DNA from: Nannocystales bacterium | Lineage (GTDB): Bacteria; Myxococcota_A; Polyangia; Nannocystales; Nannocystaceae | Assembly: GCA_050633305.1 (NCBI GenBank) | Contig: JBOEGF010000004.1 | Location: 128,001-192,000 of the forward strand | Length of the DNA: 64,000 bases | Direction of reading: 5' to 3' | The notes under the pieces: model-generated | Told to the model about the DNA's origin: nothing | What the model saw: the letters and a program-made list of their open reading frames with translations, nothing else | Database searches by the model: none | In this document: positions 52,115-61,340 of the stretch, piece after piece | Position numbering within the stretch: the stretch's first letter is position 1 | Layout: every line of letters begins with the position of its first letter | Program-made: the position numbers and the translations under genes

Positions 52115-55038
52115 CCGGACGCCCGGGCGGCGAGAAGACGCTGTCCGACCTGGGCCTGGCTCGACGAACGCGCTTGGACAGTGGCGCGGAGCACTGGTCG
52201 TTTCCCAGCGGAGCGGAGGACGTCGTCACCCGACTCGTGGCCCTGGGTCGGCATGGCGTCGGGCGCTTCGAGCCGCACCCTCAGAACGCTCGCGTGGCTG
52301 TCCGTGCTTCGGTGGAGCAGACCCTGCGGGGGGCATGGGGCGGTGCCCCGTGGTCGCTCGAAGACGCGCGGAGGCACCTGTTGCCGGTCGCGGAGGCGCT
52401 GGCGTATTGCGAACGAGTCTCTTTGTTCCCGGGGCCACTCACGCCTCGGACCGTTTGGGTGGATGCTGCGGATGCCGGGTTGATCGCCCAGCCGCTGGTG
52501 GCGAGCCTGACGAACGCTGCCGCCCCGCAGCTGCCTCCGGTGGGCCGCTGGACTCCGCCCGAGCCTGCGCGCGGCGAACCGTGGGATCGGATGAGCAACC
52601 GGTTCGCCTTCGGGTTACTGCTGTATCGAAGCCTGGCGGGCGTCCACCCGTTCGAGGGTGGTGGCCGGCGGCTCGGGCTGGCGGATGGAGCGCAGCGGGG
52701 AGCACCACCTCTCCCGGACGCGATCGCCCGCGAGTTGCCGCCGGGCGTGCAGGCCCTGTGTCTGCGACTCCTGTCCCCCCACGCACACGACCGCCCAGAC
52801 CTCGAGACCGTGGTTCGCACCCTCCGGGGAGAGACGAACACGCCGCGGGCTCGCGTCCTGACCGAGGCGCCCTCCGTATCGGGCCCAGAGAGCATGGAAC
52901 CCTCGCCGAGTCCCGCCGCTCGGCGTCGACGCTCCCTGGCGTGGCCGCTCCTGCCGTTGTTGGGCGGAGTCGTCGCGGTGTCGATGGCCCCCTCGGATCC
53001 CGAACCCGCGGCCCGAGCCACGCCGAAGGTCGCGGCTGCCTCCACACTGGTCCCCTCGCAAACGATGGCCGACGACTGCGCGGGTTGCCATCCCGAGCAC
53101 GCCGCGCAGTGGCACGGGTCTGTGATGGCGCACTCGGTCAAGAGCCCATTGTTCGGTGCGCTCGAGATGCTGATCGAGGAGCAGGTGGGCAAAGATGACG
53201 ACTGTCCCGGTGGGGCAGGGGTGTTGCGAAGTGCGGGGGCCGGAGCATGTGTCGATCCTGTGTCCGGCGTTCGCGAGACGGGAACCGGGGGGGCTCTGTG
53301 GTGCGTCAATTGCCACGCCCCCGGGGAGAACCTGCAGCCTGCGATGCCCGCGTGGGACGGTCGTTCGGCCCGCAGCGCGTCCAGGCGGCCTGTGGTCGAT
53401 TTGCTGCCCCGTGAGACGCTCGAGGGCATTGGCTGCGCGTTCTGCCATCAGGTCGATGGACCCGCCCGGCCGGGCAACGAGGCGCGCGGGGATTACGAAG
53501 GCAACCCCGACTGGATCTCCCCGGTCACCGGGCGCCGTTTCTTCGCGCGACCGGAAGACCAGCAGGGAACGCCCGGCATCGGCAACAGCGGCTACCACGT
53601 CCAATCCGAGGCGCTGCGCAGCGGGGCGCCGATCGTTCCCGGGGGGCACGCTCGACCAGCCGCCTCCGCCCGAGAGTACCTGCAGAGCAGCGAGTTTTGC
53701 GGCGCCTGCCACGATGTTCGGCTCTTCGGAACCGATGCCCGCGCAGTGGATGCCACAGGCGAGCACTTCAAGCGCCTCCGCAACGCGTACAGCGAATGGG
53801 TGGATTGGGCGCAGAAAGAGCGCTCGGAGGGCCGGGAGGCCGCGAGCTGCCAAGACTGTCACATGAGCCTCTACCCGGGCATCTGCGTTCCGCAGGGCGA
53901 GGGCACACTGTCAACCCCCTTCGGTCGGACCCGCTACACCGCCCTCGAGCGAGCCTGTCCCGAAGGGACGCGGTTCTCCCCAGTCGAGCCGGGGGTCCGT
54001 CCTTCGGGGCGGATATCGATCAGTTCCCAAGAGGCGGGGCCGGTGTCCTCCCATGCGTTCGCGGGGGTGGACGTGCCGTTGTCACCGCTGTTCCCGCAGG
54101 GTCTCGTGGATGACCCGGGACTCGACGCCCACGGGAGCCCACGTGGGATTGTGCAGCGCCGAGATCTGCTGCTGGGATCGACGTTCCTGTTTGAGCTCGA
54201 ACCCCCGCAGCGACGTGGGACGGGCATCCAGGTCCCGATCACCATCGAGAACGTTGGCGCGGGACACAAGGTTCCCGCCGGCTTCAGCCAGGAGCGCGAG
54301 ATCTGGGTTCACTTGACGGTGACCGATCGAGACGGGCGGGTGGTCTACGAGGTCGGGCGTATCGACGATCCCGCGGAGAACCTGCGAGACAAGCGGTTCG
54401 TGCGGGTCAACGTCGACGATCGAAATGTCGATGCTCAGGGGCGCCCGCTGGGGATGTTCGGCGCCGAGATCATCGATGGTCCCGATGTACCGCAGTGGGT
54501 CGAGGTCGGTCGCAACCAGTTCTCGGGACGCGGATTGGTGAACCTCCAAAACGGGTTTCAGCGGTGCGTCACGTGCATTGGCCGGATCGACGACGCCGGG
54601 CGATGCCAGCCGGGGCCGGGGCAAGGCCGGCATCGTGCGGACCGCTTCGCCGATGGTGCGTACGACCTGGACTCCGGCGAGTGCATCTCCAACTTGCGTG
54701 GAGAGGAGAAGTTCCTCGAGGTGTACTTCCCGGTTGGCGGATTGGACGCGGAGCGCGGGCTGACCAAGGGCCCCGATGCGATCATCGATGAACGGTCCGC
54801 TGTCGCAGGGGAACCGCAACGCTACACGTTTGAGCTGCGCGCTCCGTCGGGGCCACTGAAAATCCGAGCCCGGCTGATGTTCCGCGCCTTCCCACCGTTC
54901 TTGGTTGAAGCCTTCGCGGATTATGAAGCGCTACAGGCAGCCCGCGGCCTCCGACCGAGTGGTCCGTTGGTCACCCGCGAAACCCTGAGGCGACTCGAAG
55001 CCGTGGAACTGGCCGTGGCCGAGGTGACCCTGCCGTGA
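52111..55038 (+). CDS. Pseudokinase-TM-pentaheme cytochrome c fusion protein
   Basis: Degenerate kinase C-lobe (AEALAY..PGPLTPRTV..WTPPE..FAFGLLLY..LAGVHPF..LL..P.DRP), a hydrophobic segment, and five CxxCH motifs (CAGCH, CVNCH, CAFCH, CGACH, CQDCH). TTGA overlap with the kinase gene. Confidence 0.82.
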   Translation: MTGRPGGEKTLSDLGLARRTRLDSGAEHWSFPSGAEDVVTRLVALGRHGVGRFEPHPQNARVAVRASVEQTLRGAWGGAPWSLEDARRHLLPVAEALAYCERVSLFPGPLTPRTVWVDAADAGLIAQPLVASLTNAAAPQLPPVGRWTPPEPARGEPWDRMSNRFAFGLLLYRSLAGVHPFEGGGRRLGLADGAQRGAPPLPDAIARELPPGVQALCLRLLSPHAHDRPDLETVVRTLRGETNTPRARVLTEAPSVSGPESMEPSPSPAARRRRSLAWPLLPLLGGVVAVSMAPSDPEPAARATPKVAAASTLVPSQTMADDCAGCHPEHAAQWHGSVMAHSVKSPLFGALEMLIEEQVGKDDDCPGGAGVLRSAGAGACVDPVSGVRETGTGGALWCVNCHAPGENLQPAMPAWDGRSARSASRRPVVDLLPRETLEGIGCAFCHQVDGPARPGNEARGDYEGNPDWISPVTGRRFFARPEDQQGTPGIGNSGYHVQSEALRSGAPIVPGGHARPAASAREYLQSSEFCGACHDVRLFGTDARAVDATGEHFKRLRNAYSEWVDWAQKERSEGREAASCQDCHMSLYPGICVPQGEGTLSTPFGRTRYTALERACPEGTRFSPVEPGVRPSGRISISSQEAGPVSSHAFAGVDVPLSPLFPQGLVDDPGLDAHGSPRGIVQRRDLLLGSTFLFELEPPQRRGTGIQVPITIENVGAGHKVPAGFSQEREIWVHLTVTDRDGRVVYEVGRIDDPAENLRDKRFVRVNVDDRNVDAQGRPLGMFGAEIIDGPDVPQWVEVGRNQFSGRGLVNLQNGFQRCVTCIGRIDDAGRCQPGPGQGRHRADRFADGAYDLDSGECISNLRGEEKFLEVYFPVGGLDAERGLTKGPDAIIDERSAVAGEPQRYTFELRAPSGPLKIRARLMFRAFPPFLVEAFADYEALQAARGLRPSGPLVTRETLRRLEAVELAVAEVTLP

Positions 55039-57188
55039 CGGCGGGGCCCTTCGATGCAGCGCCGCTGCGTGGGCTCGACCCGGTTTCGCGTCAGCGGATC
55101 GAGGCGGCCGGCACCACCCGTCAGCTCCAAGCCGGTGACGTTTTGTTCGAGGCCGGGCAGGACGCCGATGCCCTGTACGTCGTGTTGAGCGGGCAGGTGC
55201 GTGTGTCTTCGGAGGGGGGTGTTCTTCGGGTGGCGGAGCCCGGCCACACGCTGGGTGAGGAGGCCATGCTGGCGGTTCCGCGACGGGCCCGTGCCATGGC
55301 GCAAACCGACGCGGAGGTGTTCGCCGTCACGGCCGCGCTGCTGAGTCGCTCGTGGACTCGGGCGGGCGGGCGTCCAGCCGCAGCGGCCGAACGGCGACGG
55401 CTGGAGCGCGCGGTCGTGGGGGACCTGCTGCGGGTGACACTTCCCGAGCTCGAGGCAGACGCGATCGAGCTGCTCCTCGACGGGTCCAGCCTACGGACCA
55501 TCGAAGCCGGGAGCTTCGCGGCACGCACGGGGGACCCGGCGGTCGCGGGCGCCTTCGTCCTGGACGGGGTGTTGCACGTTCGCAGCCAGGGCACCCGGGT
55601 CGTGGAGCGCGTGGCATTGAGCTCAGATGTCTTGGGTCTCGAAGAGACGTTGCGTGACCGTCCGTGGTCCCACGATGTGGTCGCGGCGGCCGACTGTCAG
55701 GTCGTGTGGATTCGTGCAGATGCCATGCGCTCCGCACTCGGAGCCTCTGCGGAAGCGCTCGAGGCCCGGACTCGGCGGCGGTCCGAGGCTCGCGCTGCGA
55801 TTCTGAGTGGAATGCACACTGGCCCCGTACCCGAGCCGGTCGACGTACATCGGCTGGCCCGTGCGCGTTCGCTGCTGGTGATCGATCAAGACAGCTGCGT
55901 TCGGTGTGGCCAGTGCACGCGTTCGTGTGCGTCGCAGCATGTGGATGGTCAGGCCCGGATGACCCGCCAGGGGCCGCGTTTGCTCGCGCGGATCGGCACG
56001 TCGTCCAGCCCCAGCACCCCATGGCTCTTGGCCCAGGCGTGCCAGCACTGTTCCAGTCCGGCGTGCTTGCCGGACTGCCCGACCGCGGCCATCAGCCGCG
56101 ATCGGGACGGGTCGGTTCAGATCGATGCCGCCCTGTGTACGGGGTGTGGGGCGTGCGCAAAGGCCTGCCCTTGGGACGCGGTCGAGCTCGCCGCGCGTCC
56201 TGTCGGGACGCCGTCGCCCGATGGCGGGCCGTTCGAGTCGGTTGCGGTCAAGTGTGACCTCTGCGTTGGTAACGCGAGCGGGCCCGCTTGTGTTCAGTCG
56301 TGCCCGACCGAGGCGTTGATGCGCGTCGACGCCGGGACCGAGATCGTGGAGGCCGCGGGCGTGCTGGGTCGCCCCGCACCCGCACGAAATCGCAAGCCTC
56401 GGGTGTGGCCGTGGCTGACCTCGGCGGGGATCGGTGCCTCGCTCGCAGGGGGTGCGTGGGGTGTGTCGAAACACGACGCGGGCTGGATTGCGGGCGCGGG
56501 ACCCGGGCTGTGGATGGGGTGGCTCGCCGCGACTGCGCTGCTGGGCAGCGTCGCCTATGCGGGTTTGAGGCGCCGAGCGTGGCCGGTGGGGCGCGGTCCC
56601 CATGGTCTTGGACTGCACGGCATTCTCGGGGCGCTCGCCTGGAGCGGAGCTTGGGCCCACAGTGGTGGTCACGCCGTCGGCGTCGCCGGGGTTCTGGCGG
56701 GCGTCCTGCTGCTTGCGGTCGCACTCGGTCTGCACGGACTCGTGGCCTATCGGGTGCTGCCCTCGCGGCTGACTCGCCTGGAGTCGCGCGCGCCGAACGA
56801 TGCCTGGGTGGAGGCCCCGGATCGGGCGGACGCGCTCATGCGTGCGGTGGGGGGACGCAGTGACGCGCTCAAGCGGTTGACCGCGGCGATTCTGCTCCCG
56901 TACGTGCGGCGCCCTGGGGGAGGCTTGGTGTTGTTGCTGTCCGGGCGGTCGCTGGCCGCCGAGCATCAAAGGCTCCGCGCACGGCTGGGGAACCAGTTGG
57001 GTACGGAGCGGCTGGACCGGATGGACGGGCTGGACGAGGTGTTGGCCGCGGTGGTCGATGCTCGTGCCTCTGGGGCCCGCCGGGTGCTTCGAGGGCTGCT
57101 CCGGGGATGGCTCGCCCCCCACATCGTCTTCTCCGCATTGTCGGTCGTCCTGCTCGCGGTTCATGTGCATGCGCAGGTCGGCCCATGA
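55035..57188 (+). CDS. 2x cyclic-nucleotide-binding / 4x[4Fe-4S] / His-containing membrane domain protein
   Basis: LFEAG..ADALYVVLSGQV..LGE..RRA plus a second, degenerate cNMP domain; Cys motifs CVRCGQCTRSC, CQHC...C...CP, CTGCGAC...CP and KCDLC...CVQSCP; TM helices with four His. Confidence 0.85.
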   Translation: MTAGPFDAAPLRGLDPVSRQRIEAAGTTRQLQAGDVLFEAGQDADALYVVLSGQVRVSSEGGVLRVAEPGHTLGEEAMLAVPRRARAMAQTDAEVFAVTAALLSRSWTRAGGRPAAAAERRRLERAVVGDLLRVTLPELEADAIELLLDGSSLRTIEAGSFAARTGDPAVAGAFVLDGVLHVRSQGTRVVERVALSSDVLGLEETLRDRPWSHDVVAAADCQVVWIRADAMRSALGASAEALEARTRRRSEARAAILSGMHTGPVPEPVDVHRLARARSLLVIDQDSCVRCGQCTRSCASQHVDGQARMTRQGPRLLARIGTSSSPSTPWLLAQACQHCSSPACLPDCPTAAISRDRDGSVQIDAALCTGCGACAKACPWDAVELAARPVGTPSPDGGPFESVAVKCDLCVGNASGPACVQSCPTEALMRVDAGTEIVEAAGVLGRPAPARNRKPRVWPWLTSAGIGASLAGGAWGVSKHDAGWIAGAGPGLWMGWLAATALLGSVAYAGLRRRAWPVGRGPHGLGLHGILGALAWSGAWAHSGGHAVGVAGVLAGVLLLAVALGLHGLVAYRVLPSRLTRLESRAPNDAWVEAPDRADALMRAVGGRSDALKRLTAAILLPYVRRPGGGLVLLLSGRSLAAEHQRLRARLGNQLGTERLDRMDGLDEVLAAVVDARASGARRVLRGLLRGWLAPHIVFSALSVVLLAVHVHAQVGP

Positions 57189-59296
57189 AACGAGGGCTTT
57201 GGAGCGACCCCTCCGGCCCTCGTCGTCGGCATGCGCCGGCCGCCACGGTTCGGACCGACCAAGGCATGCGGCGCGGGCTGTTGTGGGCGGTTGCAGTCGC
57301 CGGGCTGCTCGTCGGAGGCCTGGCGCTGTGGACCGGTCGCGACACGGCCCCAAGACATCCCGTAGGCAGGCCTCATGTGCAGGCGGGGTTGGTTTGCGGG
57401 AGCTGCCACGAGCCGGGCTCGCCCCAACCGACCTCGTGTGGGCAGTGTCATGCAGGGCACGCATCGACACGGTCCGGTCACCGGGCGCTCCAACAGCGCG
57501 GCGCCCTTCGGTGTGTCGACTGCCACCGAATCCACGAGGACTTCGGCGGGGTCAGCTGGGGTCCCGAAGGCACCACGCGGTTCGGCGTGGGGGGCGAGCG
57601 ACGAGTTGCCGATGGTCCGCTCGGGGCGGCGGTGCGAGGGACGGTTCCAGTGGTCCCCACGGCAGCCTGTGCCCGATGTCATGACCCGAGCGCACCGACC
57701 GATCCGATCGGCCGTTGCCTGGACCGCTCGGGGTCGATGACGCTGTGCTTCGACGAGCACCAGCGGGTTCAAGGCGCCACGTTGGGGGACGCGGGCACAC
57801 AAGACCGCTTGGTGCTCTGGACCAAGGCTCGCGAGGCCGTCGCCGCGGCCCCCGCTCCGCCGATCCCTGCCTCCCAGGACACCCGGGGGTTGTGGGGGGG
57901 CGTGGCCGTGGTCGGATTTGTCGTCTTGGTGCTCCGCGCCCTGTGGATTCGGCCTCGCCGAAGGCGCGCCGGGTTGGCCGCCGATGCCGATGCCGTGGAT
58001 GTGCAACCGCCGCAGCGGGTTCGACTCCCTCAGATCGATGCCATGACCTGTCTGGGTTGCTCCGCATGCGTGGACGCGTGTCCCTACGATGTCCTGGCGT
58101 TGGAAGCCTACGTCGCGAAGGTGGCCCGACCTCAGGACTGTTGCGGGCTGACGACTTGCGAGGAGCGGTGTCCCAACGGGTCGCTCATCGTGCACGACGG
58201 CGCCCCCATCGACGACCGCCCGGCAGTGACTCAGACTCTGGAGTCCGCCGATGTCCCCGGGCTGTACCTTGCGGGCGACCTCACTGGCATGCCGCTGATC
58301 CGCAATGCGATCAACCAGGGGGCGGTGGCGGTTCGCAGCGCGGTCGCCTCGGGCCGAAGAACAGTGGGGGATCAACTCGACCTCGTCATCGTGGGGGCTG
58401 GACCTGCGGGGCTCTCCGCCGCGCTGCAAGCCAAGCAGGAGGGCCTTCGTTTCGTCGTGGTCGACCAGGGGGATCTGGCCCAGAGCATCCAGAGCTTCCC
58501 GCGCGGGAAGCTCGTGTTTGACCAGCCGCTGAGTGTTCCGCTGATCGGGGACCTCTGGTTGGCGGAGAGCACCAAGGAGGAGCTACTCCGGCATTGGACG
58601 CGCATCGTTCGGGCCCAAGCGCTCCCGCTGCACACGCATCACCGGGTGACCGGGATCGTAGGAGATGCCGATGGATTCAGGGTCACTTGCGTGCAATCCG
58701 ATGAAAACACCGTGGAGTTCAGGTCCGCTCAGGTGGTGTTGGCGATCGGTCGGCGAGGCACGCCGCGCGCGCTCCCGGCCTCCATCGTGCCTTCGATGGA
58801 AGGCCAAGTCTTCTACAGTCTCGCCGACGCTCGCTCGTTCGCTCAGCGTCGGTGTGTGGTGGTGGGGCTGGGCGACGTGGCGATGGAGGCCGCGCTGGCA
58901 CTCTCCTACGCACCAGGCACCACGGTGACGGTGGTGGCGCGTGGGGGCGACTTCCGGCGCGGAAAGGCGCGCAACATCGAGGCGATGAGGGCTGCGGAGG
59001 CCGCTGGCCGGCTCGAGGTTCGGTGGCGCTCCACCGTGGAGTCGGTCGGGGCCCAGGAGACGGTCCTGCGAAGCGGAGGTGAGTCGATCTCGGTCCCCGC
59101 CGATGCTGTCTTCGTCCTGATCGGCTCGATTGCGCCGTGGGAATTCCTGGCGGCGGCGGGCGTGCGCCGAGCCGGAGGCCGGTCTACGCCCAAGGGCGGG
59201 TCGAAAAGAACGCCGGCTCCAGATCGGAGCGGCGACTCGCGCGTTCAGCCCTCTCACGCGGGTCCGCCTTCAGGCCGGCCCGAGGGGATCGCATGA
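57185..59296 (+). CDS. Tetraheme cytochrome c / TM / 2x[4Fe-4S] / FAD-NAD(P)H oxidoreductase fusion
   Basis: CGSCH, CGQCH, CVDCH and CARCH lie between two TM helices, followed by CLGCSACVDACP, CCGLTTCEERCP, PGLYLAGD, GAGPAG, AIGRRG and GLGDVA. Confidence 0.85.
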   Translation: MKRGLWSDPSGPRRRHAPAATVRTDQGMRRGLLWAVAVAGLLVGGLALWTGRDTAPRHPVGRPHVQAGLVCGSCHEPGSPQPTSCGQCHAGHASTRSGHRALQQRGALRCVDCHRIHEDFGGVSWGPEGTTRFGVGGERRVADGPLGAAVRGTVPVVPTAACARCHDPSAPTDPIGRCLDRSGSMTLCFDEHQRVQGATLGDAGTQDRLVLWTKAREAVAAAPAPPIPASQDTRGLWGGVAVVGFVVLVLRALWIRPRRRRAGLAADADAVDVQPPQRVRLPQIDAMTCLGCSACVDACPYDVLALEAYVAKVARPQDCCGLTTCEERCPNGSLIVHDGAPIDDRPAVTQTLESADVPGLYLAGDLTGMPLIRNAINQGAVAVRSAVASGRRTVGDQLDLVIVGAGPAGLSAALQAKQEGLRFVVVDQGDLAQSIQSFPRGKLVFDQPLSVPLIGDLWLAESTKEELLRHWTRIVRAQALPLHTHHRVTGIVGDADGFRVTCVQSDENTVEFRSAQVVLAIGRRGTPRALPASIVPSMEGQVFYSLADARSFAQRRCVVVGLGDVAMEAALALSYAPGTTVTVVARGGDFRRGKARNIEAMRAAEAAGRLEVRWRSTVESVGAQETVLRSGGESISVPADAVFVLIGSIAPWEFLAAAGVRRAGGRSTPKGGSKRTPAPDRSGDSRVQPSHAGPPSGRPEGIA

Positions 59297-60798
59297 AGCT
59301 CTCGACCTTTGCCGGACTCGCCGTGGCCTGCCTACTCACCAGCTCTGCTGCCGGAATGGCGCTGGCGGGAAGCCTGGCGAGCGCCCCTTCGCCGCCGTCG
59401 TCGGCAGCGGCCTACACCCCGCTGGACACCGACCCGGCGGCGAGCCTGCTCTCGGTACTCCAGCCGGCGCGTGACCGCTTCGACTCCGGCGCCACCGTCC
59501 ATGTTGAAGGGAGGTTGGGCCATGCGACCATGGCGGCGGGGCGCAGCGCGAAGACGTTCGTGCACCTCGACCTACACGCGGACGAAGAGTTGCGCGCCGC
59601 CGAGGCCGCCTCGACCAATCTCTCCATCGTGATCGATCGGTCCCGTTCGATGAAGGGCCAGCGCATGGAGAACGCGTTGGCGGCCGCGCGTGGCATGATC
59701 AGTCGACTGCGCGACGGAGATACGGTCAGTGTTGTTGTCTACAACACCCAGAGCACGGTGCTCGTTCCGCCCACCCAGATCACGGCGAACTCACGAGGCG
59801 AGCTGGGCCTGCAGCTCCGCAGCATCGAAGCGCGCGGCCACACCTGCATCTCGTGCGGGGTGGAAGAAGGGCTCGCACAGCTGGCGCGGGGGCAGGGGGC
59901 CGTGTCTCGAATGCTCTTGCTCAGCGACGGTCAGGCCAACACAGGGATCCGGAAGACCGAAGGCTTCGAACGACTGGCCGAGCAGGCCCGCGGCCGGGGC
60001 GTGAGCATCAGCTCCTTGGGGGTGGATGTCGACTACGACGAGCGGCTGTTGCTCGCCGTCGCCCAGGCCTCCAACGGGCGGCACTACTTCGTTCGGGACC
60101 CGTCGGGGCTGGCGCGGGTGTTTGAGGGGGAACTCCGTTCCCTGCAGAAGACCGTCGCGTCGGGGGTTGAGGCGGTGATCGATCTGGGCCCGGGAGTCGA
60201 GGTCACGCAAGTCTTTGACCGTGGGTTCACGCGGCGGGGCCGTGCCCTCGTTGTTCCGTTCGGCGCTTTTGCGGCTGGGGACCGGAAGTCCCTGTTGTTC
60301 GAAGTTCAGCTCCCGCGGGGGAGCGCTGGCCTACGGGATGTCGCTGACGTGCAGCTTCGCTATCGGGACCTCACCACCGATCCGCAAGGAGAGGGTGCCT
60401 GTGAAGGACAGCTCGCGGTGCGACTGACGGACGATTCCGGCGCTGTGTCGCCCTTGGACCCGTTGGTCGAGGCTCGCCTCGCCCGGGCCGAGACGTCGGC
60501 GGCGCTACGCGAGGCGAACGAGGCGTTTGCAGCGGGAGATGTGACGCGCGCGCGAGCCAAGCTCAAGAGAACCCGCGGTCGAATCCACAAGCGCCGTTCG
60601 GCGAGTCGCCCCCTCGCGAAGAAAGCGCAGCGAAAGCGTTTCGACGACGCCTTCGACGGTCAGTTCGAGGCCCTGGACCGAGCCGGCAAGAACTTCGAGG
60701 AGGCGGAGCGAATCTCGCCCTTCGAGCCGGCGGCGAGCCCCGCCGGGAAGGCTTCGGTTCGCAGTAACGCCGACGCCCTGTCGGGCCTCGGGCTCTGA
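59293..60798 (+). CDS. von Willebrand factor A domain protein (YfbK-like), exported
   Basis: Signal peptide; MIDAS DRSRSM, T and LLSDG; G.HYFV. ATGA overlap with the upstream gene. Confidence 0.88.
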   Translation: MKLSTFAGLAVACLLTSSAAGMALAGSLASAPSPPSSAAAYTPLDTDPAASLLSVLQPARDRFDSGATVHVEGRLGHATMAAGRSAKTFVHLDLHADEELRAAEAASTNLSIVIDRSRSMKGQRMENALAAARGMISRLRDGDTVSVVVYNTQSTVLVPPTQITANSRGELGLQLRSIEARGHTCISCGVEEGLAQLARGQGAVSRMLLLSDGQANTGIRKTEGFERLAEQARGRGVSISSLGVDVDYDERLLLAVAQASNGRHYFVRDPSGLARVFEGELRSLQKTVASGVEAVIDLGPGVEVTQVFDRGFTRRGRALVVPFGAFAAGDRKSLLFEVQLPRGSAGLRDVADVQLRYRDLTTDPQGEGACEGQLAVRLTDDSGAVSPLDPLVEARLARAETSAALREANEAFAAGDVTRARAKLKRTRGRIHKRRSASRPLAKKAQRKRFDDAFDGQFEALDRAGKNFEEAERISPFEPAASPAGKASVRSNADALSGLGL

Positions 60799-60905
60799 GT
60801 CCGCGCATCTCTCGCGACCGCGGTATCCCCTGGCTGAGGCGGCCGAGGACCGGGTTGTGCATGGCGCTCCACGTGGGGGCACAGCGGGGCTACGATGCCG
60901 GCTCG

Positions 60906-61340
60906 ATGAGCGTCGCAGTCGGCAAGGACATCTACTCCACGTGCGGGAAATGTGGCGACGTATGGCACGTCGTCGCGGCGATGAGCGGTGACCGGGTCAC
61001 CAAGGTGACGTGCAAGAACTGCATTGGGTCGCACCGGTACAAGGCGCCCGCGGGTGAGGTCGACGTGAACGCGTCCGCGAAGGGCAAACGCCGAACGATC
61101 AGCACCAAGCGCAAGCCTGCGCGGGCCGTGGTCCCTGCCTCCGCCGACAACCCTCTGATCGAGGCCAACATGGACCGCCCGATTCAGGAGTATTCGATGC
61201 GCACCACGTTCGAGCCCGGGGACCGCGTCGCACACCCGAAGTTCGGCAACGGCGTGGTCGAGGGGACCTCGGAGGTTGGCAAGATGTTGGTGTTCTTCAA
61301 GACCGGCGGCCGCAAGACACTCGCGCACGATCGCGGCTGA
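60906..61340 (+). CDS. Zn-ribbon plus Tudor/CarD-RID-like small protein
   Basis: CGKC...H...CKNC...H followed by FEPGDRVAHPKFGNGVV. Confidence 0.75.
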   Translation: MSVAVGKDIYSTCGKCGDVWHVVAAMSGDRVTKVTCKNCIGSHRYKAPAGEVDVNASAKGKRRTISTKRKPARAVVPASADNPLIEANMDRPIQEYSMRTTFEPGDRVAHPKFGNGVVEGTSEVGKMLVFFKTGGRKTLAHDRG

